A stretch of 64,000 nt of DNA from the NCBI GenBank assembly GCA_964016885.1, contig OZ024751.1, positions 44,454,001 to 44,518,000 of the forward strand. The letters run 5' to 3'. Shown piece by piece: positions 41,700 to 52,874 of this stretch. The notes under the pieces were generated by a model, which saw nothing but the letters and a program-made list of their open reading frames with translations, was not told where the DNA came from and searched no databases. Origin of the DNA: Eledone cirrhosa. Its lineage: Eukaryota. The position numbers and the translations under genes are program-made. The number at the start of each line of letters is the position of its first letter. The first letter of the stretch is position 1.

Positions 41700-42426
41700 T
41701 TTATCCATGAACGCAGCTGGTCTTGCTTTGGGGATCTAGTCGGATTAATTGGAGATGGTTGGGTTTTTTATAGCAATAGAACCCATTGGAAGGAGTGTAT
41801 GAGGCATCTTCGCCCACACGACTCTCCCAGGAAGAAGAAGAAGAAGAAGAAGAAGAAGAAGAAGAAGAAGAAGAAGAAGAAGAAGAAGAAGAAGAAGAAG
41901 AAGAAGAAAAAGAAAAGAAGAAGAAGAAGAAGAAGAAGAAGAAGAAGAAGAAGAAGAAGAAGAAGAAGAAGAAGAAGAAGAAGGAGAAGAAGAAGAAGAA
42001 GAAGAAGAAGAAGAAGAAGAAAAAGAAGAAAAAGAAAAGAAGAAGAAGAAGAAGAAGAAGAAGAAGGAAAAGAAGAAGAAGAAGAAGAAGAAGAAGAAGG
42101 AGAAGAAGAAGAAGAAGAAGAAGAAGAAGAAGAAGAAAAAGAAAAAGAAAAAAGAAGAAGAAGAAGAAGAAGAAGAAAAAGAAAAAAAAGAAGAAGAAGA
42201 AGAAGAAGAAGGAAAAGAAGAAGAAGAAGAAGAAGAAGAAGAAGAAGAAAAGAAAAAGAAGAAGAAGAAGAAGAAAAAGAAAAAGAAGAAGAAAAAGAAG
42301 AAGAAGAAAAAGAGAAAGAAGAAGAAGAAGAAGAAGAAGAAGAAGAAAAAGAAGAAGAAGAAGAAGAAGAAGAAGAAAAAGAAAAAGAAGAAGAAGAAGA
42401 AAAAGAAGAAGAAGAAGAAAAAGAAG

Positions 42427-42455
<29 letters not shown>
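41700..42455 (+). mobile_element. Decayed RTE-like LINE 3' end followed by a long (GAA)n tract
   Basis: Frameshifted SWSC.GI..D.LEMV..NRTHWKECMRHL, homologous to 59105-59224; (GAA)n at 41831-42455. Confidence 0.6.
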
Positions 42456-42457
<2 letters not shown>

Positions 42458-42712
42458 GATCATACATTCTGTAAGTAGATTACATTTGCTTCTTGTTGTA
42501 TACGTTGTCTACGCTTTGTGAATTCGTTTCAGCTGCTATTGTGTCAATGTAACTAAATTTGCTCTTATATTGTTCTATACAATATTATTGACGACACTAT
42601 CAAATATATAAATAGATACCTAGCATTCAGTCACCATGTCTTAGGTATTGTCGATGTGTTGTCAGCTATATAAAAATACCAAAATGTATGTGTTTATAAT
42701 ATGTAATATATA

Positions 42713-42792
<80 letters not shown>

Positions 42793-42954
42793 CTAATTGC
42801 TTCACAACTCATGGATACGTTGACTTTCAGCTAAACGTTTATGACTGTTTGTACTTCATTCACTACCTTCTGAATTTGACATTCTGCCCTCACATTCTAC
42901 TTTCCATTCATATATCTCGGTCTATATAATTTCGTTATTATTATCATTATTTGT

Positions 42955-43275
42955 CATGAGCGGGACTGACCCGACTATCATCTGAGTCCATTGTGAAGTT
43001 CACCACGCCGTCTTCCTTTAAAGGAGAAGAACAGGCAGTTTTTATCTGCCCTGGTGGCCATGGTAAAAGAGGTCATGTATTGGACGCCTTTAAAAGGGTT
43101 GAAGACATGTATTTTCCTCTTCGGTGAAGCCCTGATTAATTTCTTCAGGTTTCACTTGAAGGGAAAAATCATGGTGAAGAGGGAAGTGCTACTTTCCAAC
43201 CAGTTTGTTGAAAGGTAGATGAGAGTGGCGAGTATGGTCCAAGTAAAGGAGCCTACTCTGAGTATGTGCCTGTAA
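42955..43275 (+). pseudogene. Diverged Tx1-clade ORF2 C-terminal fragment
   Basis: RLSSESIVK..EQAVFIC/VAMVKEVMYWTPLKGLK..FFRFHLKGKI..REVL..FVER* aligns with the ORF2 C-terminus at ~22520-22830. Confidence 0.85.
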
Positions 43276-43464
43276 ATTGGAGGACAACTGAGTGGGACTT
43301 TCTATTAAGGTCAGGATAGTATTTATGTAGGGAAATAACTAGAGATATCTAAGATTATATATATAATCGGGAACGGGCGATCGCTTCAAAAACATCGAAT
43401 TCGTCCGTTCTCTTGTCACTTCGAACATGGATTGCCTAATAAAAGTAACCTTATTATGTACGAA

Positions 43465-43542
43465 GCTGTCTGATGAGATCATGACATTGGATTTAACACG
43501 GAATTATGTCGCCTCTGCTGTCATCGAAATATATATAACGGC
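43465..43542 (+). ncRNA. Type I hammerhead ribozyme, intact core
   Basis: gctgt-CTGATGA-[gatcatgaca..tgtcatc]-GAAA-tatata-TA|acggc, then AATAAA and a tail ending tttcatt(AT)n. Confidence 0.88.
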
Positions 43543-43590
43543 CTTTTCAATAAAGGATTTTTTTTTAACATCTAAACTACTTTGTATTTC

Positions 43591-43655
<65 letters not shown>

Positions 43656-44118
43656 TTTCTGAATTTGTTTAGCAAGATTCTTTATCTGAAAACGTGTGTT
43701 GAAACAGATATTGTTATACTTTGGAAGGGTCATGTTGCCAATAAGAAACACACGCACCAGTTGCTTTCACTTCAATTTATTATAACAAATTTATAAATTT
43801 AGGAATTTATAAATTTCCGGTTGGTTGGTTGGTTCCACAACCAGAAGGTTGTTTATATATTGTCAAAGTTCTTTCGTCACACATTCTGTGACCTCTTAAG
43901 TGACTGGGGATTCTTTTCTTTGTTTTTTTTGTTCTTCTCCTTTGTTCTGCCCTACGCCATCTTGTTTTTGTGTGTGTGTTGTCACATATATATATATACA
44001 TATATATACATATATATATGTATGTATGTATGTAAAAGGTAAACAGAAATAACAACACAATCGGTACAGTATATGGAAGGGATATATTAGGTTAACGCTT
44101 GATATAGCAGGAAGAGGG

Positions 44119-44154
44119 TCTTAACGTTTCGGACGCTAGTCCTTCATCAGAAGA
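44119..44154 (-). ncRNA. Minimal type I hammerhead ribozyme
   Basis: Minus: tctt-CTGATGAA-[ggac tagc gtcc]-GAAAC-GTT|aaga; helix III has no loop. Confidence 0.85.
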
Positions 44155-44385
44155 AAGAATGAGAAATAAGATAGATTGAGGGGACGGGTGGGTTGGAATT
44201 GGAAAAAACATGTCTTTAGATAAAAATAACAGGTCCTTTCATGTTGACATCTTTGCAAAACTATATATCTCTATATATATGTGTGTGTACCCTATGTATG
44301 TATGTATGTATGTATGTATGTATGTATGTATGTATGTATGTATGTATGTATGTATGTATGTATGTATGTATGTGTATATATGTCA

Positions 44386-44463
44386 GGTCACCAGTTGGTG
44401 CTACTGGTAACATGTATCCCAGTACAACCTGTCTCATGGTCGGGTCGTTGGCGACTAAACTGG
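44386..44463 (+). ncRNA. Candidate degenerate HDV-like ribozyme
   Basis: P2 ccagt/actgg, J4/2 CTAA, P4 tcg-ttgg-cga, GG linker, L3 with CC; P3 pairs only if two CpG decays are reverted; P1 short and wobble-rich. Confidence 0.45.
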
Positions 44464-44990
44464 CAACCCCACCAAGGTTTCTTGGTGAGGAGGGTGACTT
44501 TGGACATCCTGCAGGACTAAAAACAAAACCTGTCAAAGGGCAAAGGAGCTCTTAAGAGTCAATGGCCATCCAAAATCACCGGGAGAGATGACCCCTTAGC
44601 CTTTGTCAAGGCAGAATTCTAGAAGAAGGAAAACTCTGATATAACACCTGCAACTCTGATGGTGGCCAATGATGTTGACTTGTTCTTCTTTTTGGTAAAT
44701 ATCATCTTGGTTAAGAGAGTGGGACTGGCTTTGTGCAGTGCCTTTGCCTACTATAAAAGCTTCACAGCACAGGCATTGCTTTATATCTGGAGATCTCTCT
44801 GCACTTGTCATCACATGGTACCATGGGCCCAACACTATGTGTCAATAATTGTCACAAGTGTAGTGTTTGTACCAGAGTTTTCAAGTCGCTGGCTGGACTA
44901 AAAAGTCACACTCGTTCAACGCATCGGTAGGGGTTCTCCTACATGGATATAAAGTAGTGGCCGTACTCGAAAACGAGTTGGCAGCCACCA
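44386..44990 (+). mobile_element. Internally deleted (5'UTR + 3' end) RTE-like non-autonomous retroelement after (TATG)n
   Basis: 5' UTR-like segment (ctagaagaaggaaaactctga); C2H2 finger CSVCTRVFKSLAGLKSHTRSTH ending at the stop 44928-44930; terminal hairpin actcg-aaaa-cgagt. Confidence 0.7.
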
Positions 44991-45064
44991 TGTGTGTATA
45001 TATTTTTCTTCTCCCTGATGCATGTGAGCGCAATGAGCCGGAAAAATACGCCAATAACCAATTT

Positions 45065-45215
45065 CACCAATAATAACTGTCAACAGGTTCTTTATTTCAT
45101 CGACACCTATATAATTATAGTCAAGTTTGACTTCGACAGGATTTGAACTCAGAACGCAAAGGGACTCAACAAATACCGCAAGGTATTTTTCACTACGCCC
45201 TAATGACTTTATCAA
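45065..45215 (-). mobile_element. Degenerate family-A-related SINE
   Basis: ggatttgaactcagaacg (reverse B box) and tttatttcatcgac. Confidence 0.6.
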
Positions 45216-46097
45216 TTCACCTAGTTATAGTTGTTGCTGTTGATCTTGTTGCTGCTGTTTTTATTGTTGTTGTTGTTAATAGTGTTACTTGTGTTGTTGT
45301 TATAATTGTTATTGTTGTTGTTGTTAGTGTTACTTGTGTTGTTGTTGTTATAGATGTTGTTGTTGTTGTTGTTGTTGCTAGCGTTATTTTAATGATTGTG
45401 ACAATCTGTTTGTCAAACTATTATCTTTGCTGTTAATGTTGTTGTTGTAGCTGTTGTTGTTGTTATTGTTGTTTTGCTTTCATGTTATTTGTCCGTGTCA
45501 ATGTATCATTGTTATTGTTGTTGTTGGGGGTAGTTCCGTTGTTATTGTTGGTGTTGTTTTTGTTGTTGTTGTTGGGGGTGGTTTTGTTGTTACTGTTGGT
45601 GTTGTTTTTGTTGTTGTTGGTGGTGGTGTTATTGTTATTGATGTTGTTGGTGGTGGTGGTAGTGGTAGTCGTATCATTGTTGTTACTGTCGGTGTTGGTT
45701 TTGTTGTTGTTGCTGGTGGTGGTGTTATTGTTATTGTTGTTCTGGTTGTTGGTGGTGTCGTTGTTACTGTTGGTATGGTGCTGTTATTGTTATTGTTGGT
45801 GTGGTGGTGTTATTGTTATTGTTGTTGCTACTGTCGGTGTTGGTTTTGTTGTCATCACCTCAGTGGTTCATGTTTTTTCAAGTAGTTTGTCTTAGTCGTT
45901 GTTGTAGCTTGTTTTATTTTGATGGGTGAAATGTAGGAGGATAAGGATGAGGAGAAGGATGAGAATGAAGTGGAGTAGGAGGATGAGGATGAGACAGACA
46001 GAGGTTGATGTTGTTCTTCTTGATGTTGCTGTCTTTAACGTTAACATTTTTCTTCAGTTCAATTTTCTTTTTCTGTGTGCATAAATATTATTATTAT

Positions 46098-46222
46098 CTT
46101 TTTTTGTCACATACTCTGTTTTTGTTTTTTACACGCAGAAATGCCCATTTGTACCGTCCTGTATTGTCCTGTGTTGTCCTTAATGTTATACTTTGTGTCA
46201 ACCCTTGTGGTTAATAAAGAAA
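46098..46222 (+). mobile_element. 3' terminus of a Tx1-like relative in (ATT)n
   Basis: Ends cccttgtggttAATAAAGAAA, similar to the (ATCT)n family termini; ATT repeats on both sides. Confidence 0.6.
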
Positions 46223-46223
46223 G

Positions 46224-46278
<55 letters not shown>

Positions 46279-46650
46279 GTTCTTGTATTTTTTGTAGTCG
46301 TTCTAAAAGTCCTTGTCAGATTTAGATTAATGGCTCCTTTACAAAAATTCCATAGAAAAAGAGAGAAAATACGACAAAACAACAACAGCAACATCAAAAA
46401 CAACAATATCCCCCACCGTTACCCTCAAAAATAAGTGACCAGGCGGTCCGGTCTTGTCAGAAAGACTGTTATTTCCCATTATCCTGTCAACAGAGCGTGG
46501 CTTGTGTTAAGGTGGATCAGTCAAGCGTACCAAGCAATCTATCTATCTATCCATCTATCCGTTTTTGCTCCCCAACATATTTACACTTTACTCAGCTTGA
46601 TATCAATTTCAGACATCCATCCATCCATCCATCAAGTAATTCATCCACCC

Positions 46651-46712
<62 letters not shown>

Positions 46713-47112
46713 TCTATTCTATCGACTGTATGTAAAATCCCCGCCATATGTCTTTGAATTGTCCCCTTTTCTTGTGCGCTCTTGTGGCAAATAAAGAAAT
46801 ATATCTATCCATCTATCTATCTCTGCAAATAAAGAAAGATATGTATCTATCTATCTATCTATCTATAAACCTGTAGGTTGAGGAAAAAGAGGAAGAGAGG
46901 AAAGGAGCGCTCGACTTCGTGCTCCTGGAGATGAGGGTTGTACATTTTTCGGGGTGTATACAACCCATGTGTAACGCCTCCCCCCTATTGGGGATTTCAA
47001 TTGTTATTTGTTATTTATTTATTAGTTCTATTTTTATACGCTTATATGTAAACTCCCCACTTTGTATTTGTATTTGTCCCCATCGTTTGTGCCCCTGTGG
47101 CAAATAAAGAAA
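46713..47112 (+). mobile_element. Three stacked 3' fragments of diverged Tx1-like elements separated by (ATCT)n
   Basis: Termini (gtg)gcaaataaagaaa end at 46799, 46837 and 47112; the last fragment has a stop codon and a 3' UTR homologous to 22830-23092. Confidence 0.85.
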
Positions 47113-47141
47113 TCTATCTATCTATCTATCTATCTATCTAA

Positions 47142-48545
47142 GCGAAGGAGCTACTGGCGGATGCGAAAAAATATATAGTGTACGGGGAAAATGGTTCATT
47201 CACAATCCATTCCCCCCCGGAACTAAAAAGCCAGAGACTCCTAAACACGGTCATGTTTAGGACAATCTCGAACAAAAGTAAAAAACCAGCTCAACCATCA
47301 CAGAGCGAGATAGAGCTGGTTTTAAAAGACGTCATGAAGGACATCACCTTCATTCAGAAGGATAGACTCTACGGGAGTCTATCCATTCTCATGAAGGACA
47401 GGGACACAGCAGTGAAACTGTCCATCAAACCAATCACATCCACCGCATACACCTTCTACCCTACGTACATGGGTAGAAGAACACAAAAAATAAAAATCCA
47501 CACCATCCTGCCGATTATGGACATATGGTGGGTTTTGACAGGTTTTCTGGACCTGGAGGATGACATGCTGGTGTCCATGGGAAAGGCATCGGGTGACGCG
47601 TTCAGTGGAACGAGCCTCGAACTTGTAGTTCAAATGAGGCCCGAAAGGATCGCCCAGATCCCTGAACGCGTCATACTGGATGATCTAACCTTCATCAACA
47701 TTACCGTTGAGGGTAGACGGCCCTCGTGTTACCTCTGCGGAACCAGAGGTCACCTGAGGGCTGTCTGTCCCCAACTTAATAAGAAAACCCCAATCCTGCC
47801 TACACCACCAACAACTGCACAACCAACACAATCACCACAACTACCACTACAAAAACAACCACCACAGCTCAAACCAAAACAAAACAATGTCCAACCCATC
47901 CCCTCCACTCAAAAAACAAAAACAATTTCCAAAACACCCGTACCGCAAACACAACCCGAAAATATACCCCTCCCCTCCAACGCGGAAGATGACCCTAGTT
48001 CGTCGTCAGACGAGGAGGAGCACTTCCACACAATCAAAAGAAAAAAAAGAAAACACACCTCAGACACACAAATGAAAAAAAACCCTCCCCAAAACATAAC
48101 ACTGACACCAACACAAAAGAGCTCACAACAGCAAACAAAAAACACCACACAAAAACAAAAACATGCATACACATACATAAATACAAGAAACAAAAAACTG
48201 TTAAACATTGTGTACAACAACAATCTAATAAAAACACAAGGGCCTAACTTCACCCAGGCAGGGGATTTCCCCCACCTCAAAATGATTAAGGCCCCACAGG
48301 ACACCTATAAAACTTTAAAAAACAATTTTAAAGAGGACGTGGGTCCCCCCTGCGTCGGGCCCATTAACCGCGTCCTCCTAAAAAACTATCCCACCCCCTC
48401 CCCAAACACCCTCACAACTCCAAGCTCCCCAACCACACAACACACTGATGCCCCCACACTTCCACAAACCACCACCCCACCCAACAACCCATCCCCCACC
48501 CTAATGGAAATTGTGCAGCCCGATACCCGGGACGCAGAGAGGTAA
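47142..48545 (+). CDS. ORF1, gag-like protein with a CCHC zinc knuckle; probably 5'-truncated
   Basis: CYLCGTRGHLRAVC (CX2CX4HX4C) then a P/T/Q/K-rich tail; the frame is open back to the insertion junction with no nearby initiator ATG. Confidence 0.88.
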   Translation, partial: AKELLADAKKYIVYGENGSFTIHSPPELKSQRLLNTVMFRTISNKSKKPAQPSQSEIELVLKDVMKDITFIQKDRLYGSLSILMKDRDTAVKLSIKPITSTAYTFYPTYMGRRTQKIKIHTILPIMDIWWVLTGFLDLEDDMLVSMGKASGDAFSGTSLELVVQMRPERIAQIPERVILDDLTFINITVEGRRPSCYLCGTRGHLRAVCPQLNKKTPILPTPPTTAQPTQSPQLPLQKQPPQLKPKQNNVQPIPSTQKTKTISKTPVPQTQPENIPLPSNAEDDPSSSSDEEEHFHTIKRKKRKHTSDTQMKKNPPQNITLTPTQKSSQQQTKNTTQKQKHAYTYINTRNKKLLNIVYNNNLIKTQGPNFTQAGDFPHLKMIKAPQDTYKTLKNNFKEDVGPPCVGPINRVLLKNYPTPSPNTLTTPSSPTTQHTDAPTLPQTTTPPNNPSPTLMEIVQPDTRDAER

Positions 48546-48569
48546 GTGCCTTTTCTCTTCACCACCAAC

Positions 48570-51500
48570 ATGGCTATGCTAAGAGTAGGCTGTTTAAATG
48601 CGCGTGGCCTGGGCTCAACTTGGAAGCAAGCAATGCTTCTAAATGACCTCAGGTCACAACGTATAGATGTGATGGTTATTTGCGAGGCCCGGATCAGCAA
48701 CGTGCGACAGCTGTCCCCCACCTTTGATGACTTTGAGATGCACGCATCTCTCTGTCAGCCCGGAGGTGGGGGTGGAGTTGTCGTTCTGCTGCAAAAACAT
48801 CTGGGTCTCGCAACACAGATGGTACATTTGGACCCGGAGGGTCGACTAGTGGTTCTGGACCTTGGCAGTGGTAAAGGCGGAGCGTTTAGGTTGGTAGCCG
48901 CCTACGGCCCTTTCGGGTCAATGCGGCCGGACTTCTTCCATCGTCTGGAGACTTTTCTAGGGACGTCCCGCTCCTTGCTATTAGTGGGGGACTGGAATGG
49001 TATCCTAGATGCACGCTGGGACTACGTAGGGGCCTGCCCCGATAGAGAGGGGTGTAATAGCCTCAAAGGGTTAATCGGTCGATTTGACCTGGCCGATAGA
49101 TATCGACTAGATTTTCCGACTGCGCCAACCTGGACTTGGGCAAATCGTAGCGGATCATCTAGGTCGTACCTAGATAGGTTCTTAGTTAGAATTAAGGATA
49201 AGGACTTTTTAAGTTGTCCAAAAATGCGCATGGTTGGCTATTCAGACCACAAATTAGTGACCTGCATGGTCAACCTTGACAGAACTCATAGACAGGGCCC
49301 CGGTTACTGGAAGCTCAACTTGTCCTTGCCGGCAAGTAGAGCCTACAGGATTCGGATTAGTACGTTAGTTAAGGAACGGTTGACTGGAGCGATCGTCAAC
49401 AGCAGGTGGTGGGTATCTCTAAAGAGAGAGATTAGAGTAGTCTCGATAGAATTTAGTAAGGTTCTAGCTGCGGATAGGAATAGGAAGGAAAGGGAGCTAA
49501 TAGATAGAGTAGAAGAGGCAATTAGAAGCGGCGACGTGGCCAGAGTGCTAGCGTCGAGAACGGCTTTGAGCCAGTTTTTCGACGCGAAGCACGAAGGCTG
49601 CGTTGTCCGAAGTAAAATACGTGCTCTAGGGAACGAGGGGACCAAAGCTGTTAGCTGGGCCCCCGCGTGACAGAGGCCAACAGTGGAACTAAATCCACCA
49701 TCCGGTCTTTGCGAGACCTGGATGGACGGGCGATTCTTGAGCCTAAGCAGATGTGTGAGGCCTTTCAAAGGCACTTTGCCCGACTGTTCGGGAGGGGCGG
49801 GGAGCCGGTTGGGAACGTGGACTTCGGTCCATACCTCGACGGCCTGCCGCGCCTCTCGGACAGGGAGGCGAAGTCCTGCGAGGAGCCGATTTCGGCCGCT
49901 GAGATAGAGGACGTGCTGAGCCAATGCGGCAAACGCAAATCCCCGGGTCTCGATGGTCTTCCTTACGAATTATATCTAGCTATGCCGGACTTGTTCCCCG
50001 ATCTCCTCGAGGCGGTCTACTGCAACTGGCAACAGATCGGGAGAATTCCCTGTACTGTGACCAAGGGCGTAGTCACGCTAGTGAGGAAGGACGAGAACAA
50101 GGGGGACGAAATAAGTAACTTCAGGCCCATAACACTGCTAAATACAGAGTTACAGATTTTGGCCAAGGTGCTAGCAAAGAGGTTGGCGCTTGTCGTGGGC
50201 AACCTGGTGGGAGATGCGCAGACATGCGCTATCCCGTCCAGGTCCATCCATGACAACCTCCACCTCATGCGATACATCATAGAGAGGGTTGGGAACGAAC
50301 CCGGCTTTGGTGGGGCTCTGATCAACTTGGATCAATCTAAGGCGTTCGATAGGGTCGACCATGGTTACCTGGATGCGGTGCTAGCGGCGGCAGGCTTCGG
50401 ACCCGTTTTCAGGGGCTGGATCACTGCTATGCACAGCGGCCGCATCTGCTCTAGGGTCAAGGTGAACGGCTACCTCTCGGAGCCGTTCAAAATCGCGCGG
50501 TCCATCCGACAAGGGTGCCCTCTCTCCTCCCTTCTGTATGTGTTGACTCTCGAGCCACTACTGCGGAAGTTGGAGTTGTTGCAGGGCATCCCTTTGGAAC
50601 CGGGATTGCGGAAAGCGGTGTCGGCCTACGCCGATGACGTGACAGTAATGGTGTCGACGGCCTCCGAAATCGAGGCGGTCGGCACCTTACTGGAGGAGTA
50701 CGAAAAGTTCACAGGGGCTAAGCTGAACCGGGACAAGTCGATCGGTTTGCAACTCGGCACGTGGAGGGGCAGACCGATGCCCTCCGATAGCGTCGTCGGA
50801 CGCTGGACGGAGGGCCCGGTGAAGTTGCTCGGGGTCTGGTTCGGACCGGACCTCCAGGTGGAGAAAAACTGGGCGGAGGTTACGAACAGGGTGTTTGCAC
50901 TGACCCAGAAGTGGGCCAGTTGCAAACTATCCCTGAAAGGTCGGGCGGAGGTGGCGAACACCTACATAGCGTCCGTCATCTACTACCGCCTGACCGTAGT
51001 GCCCTGCCCAAGGGAAACCCTCACCAAGATGGAGCGCGCGCTCTTCCAATTCCTTTGGAAGAGGCGGGCTCCTATGGTGAGGAGATCCATCTGCTGTCAA
51101 CACCCTTCGAAAGGAGGGCTGGGGATGCCGTGGCTAATGATGCGTAAACACGCATTAAGGCTACGGCACCTCTACGTATTCCTCACCGGACAACCGGTGT
51201 GGGCCTCGTTTGTGAGACGAACCTTTCCCAAACTCGTCTCACTCACCGAGCTGCAATCCTGGGTCAAGCAAAGACCGAGAAAACTGGGCGCCTGGCACAC
51301 TGAGTGTGCCCAGGCGCTCACCGCCCTCTGGCAGGCGGATCCGGTTATCAGTGGAGACTCCACCGCAACATTCTATAGAGGGCTGGTACGCAGCAGGTGC
51401 GACGACGCCCTCGGAGAAGCCCTAGACATGGAGGAGGACGAACTAGCCAGCCTGTTCGGTAGGACATTCAGCCCGGGACCTATGGACAACTTCCAGAAGT

Positions 51501-52009
51501 CCCTGGCCTGGCAGTGCTACCGAGGGGCTTTACCCGTTCGAGAAAGGCTCTACAGACACGGGCGCCCGGGTAGGGACCCCGCCAAAAAGATCTGTCCCAG
51601 ATGCGTGTGCGACGAGGAAACCGTTGCACACGCATTAGTACACTGCTCGGGCGTAGCCGATCTGTGGGGCTATGTCGAACAACTGCTGTCAAGGGTGGGA
51701 CCGATCCGGTTGACCACCGAGTCGATTGTAATGATCAAGCCGCCTCCCCCCTTCAAAGATGAAGCAGAGGCGGTGTTTCTGTGCGTAATAGCCATGGCGA
51801 AAGAGGTTGTATGGTGGACGCGTCTGAAAGGACTGAGGTCGGGCACCTTTCTCTCTGGCCAACAACTGGTCCGTTTCTTCCGATATCATTTCGGAAGAAG
51901 GATCAGGATGGAGAGAGAGGTGCTGCACCCCAGCCGTTTCTATGAAAGATGGGTGAAAGTGGCGAGAATGGCCCGTGTGAATGAGCCTTCACTCTACATC
52001 AGACTATAG
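48570..52009 (+). pseudogene. ORF2 (APE endonuclease, RT, zinc finger) with one +2 frameshift at ~49660
   Basis: LNARGL, ICEAR, VGDWN, YLDRF, SDH, AYADD; gggCCCCCgcg here versus gggCCCgca in the intact copy at ~20480. Confidence 0.92.
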
Positions 52010-52273
52010 GTGAGGAAGATAAAAGACCAAGGGAGCACCCCTTCTCTGTGCTCCTGAGGAGAAGGGTTGCACACTTTTTTCGGGGGTGTGTGCGACCCCC
52101 CAAGGCGCCTCCTCTCTATTGAGGATTTTGTTAAAAATTTTATTTTTTGTTATATCTTATTTTATTTTTATATTTTGTTATTGCCTTCTCCTTATTGAGG
52201 ACGCCTTTTTGTGTAAACTCCCCCCTTTGTACTTGTCCCACTTTTGATGCCCTAGTGGCAAATAAAAGAAATA

Positions 52274-52356
<83 letters not shown>

Positions 52357-52731
52357 ATTGCCATCTACCCTTCCAACCACCGTCACATCCATCTAACCAC
52401 TTAAGCAGCCACCCCTCCCTCTATCTAATAATCCAACTAGCTATCTATTCATTCATCTAACCACTCCAGCAACCATTCATCTAACCATCTTACCTTTCGT
52501 TCATCCGTCAAACCATTCAAACAAACATTTATCATCAATCTATCCATTCAAGGAACCATCAATCCATCTAATCATTAAAAAAAAATACCCTCCCTCCCCA
52601 ATCTACTGGTCCACCCACACCACTATCCATCCGACCATCCATTCATTTGTAACTGACAATAAGACAACACCTAGAGATGCCGCCACTAGAAATAACCCCC
52701 ACCCCTCAATCTCCACCCTCACATGACCTAC

Positions 52732-52779
52732 CTTTAAGGAAAAGATATATTGGAGAGTATTGACTTTGAAACATTCTGA
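52732..52779 (-). CDS. Candidate 48-nt internal exon of an unidentified host gene (SECFKVNTLQYIFSLK)
   Basis: Long pyrimidine tract ..cttcttgttgtttttcAG acceptor, AAG|GTAGGT donor, open in phase 0-0. Confidence 0.5.
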
Positions 52780-52874
52780 CTGAAAAACAACAAGAAGAAG
52801 AACAAACGGAGAGAAGGTCATGAATGGATTGTCTTTGATTAGAAGTTTGATTGGTCAGGATTGACTTGGAGCTC

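Larger units (their letters stand above)
47141..52271 (+). mobile_element. Near full-length Tx1-clade LINE in (ATCT)n
   Basis: ORF1, ORF2 and 3' UTR; (ATCT)n on both flanks. Confidence 0.96.

Noticed and set aside
48538-48570. AG|GTAAGT splice donor overlapping the ORF1 stop codon
   Set aside because: No acceptor giving an ORF1-ORF2 fusion was found; ORF2 has its own ATG 24 nt after the stop
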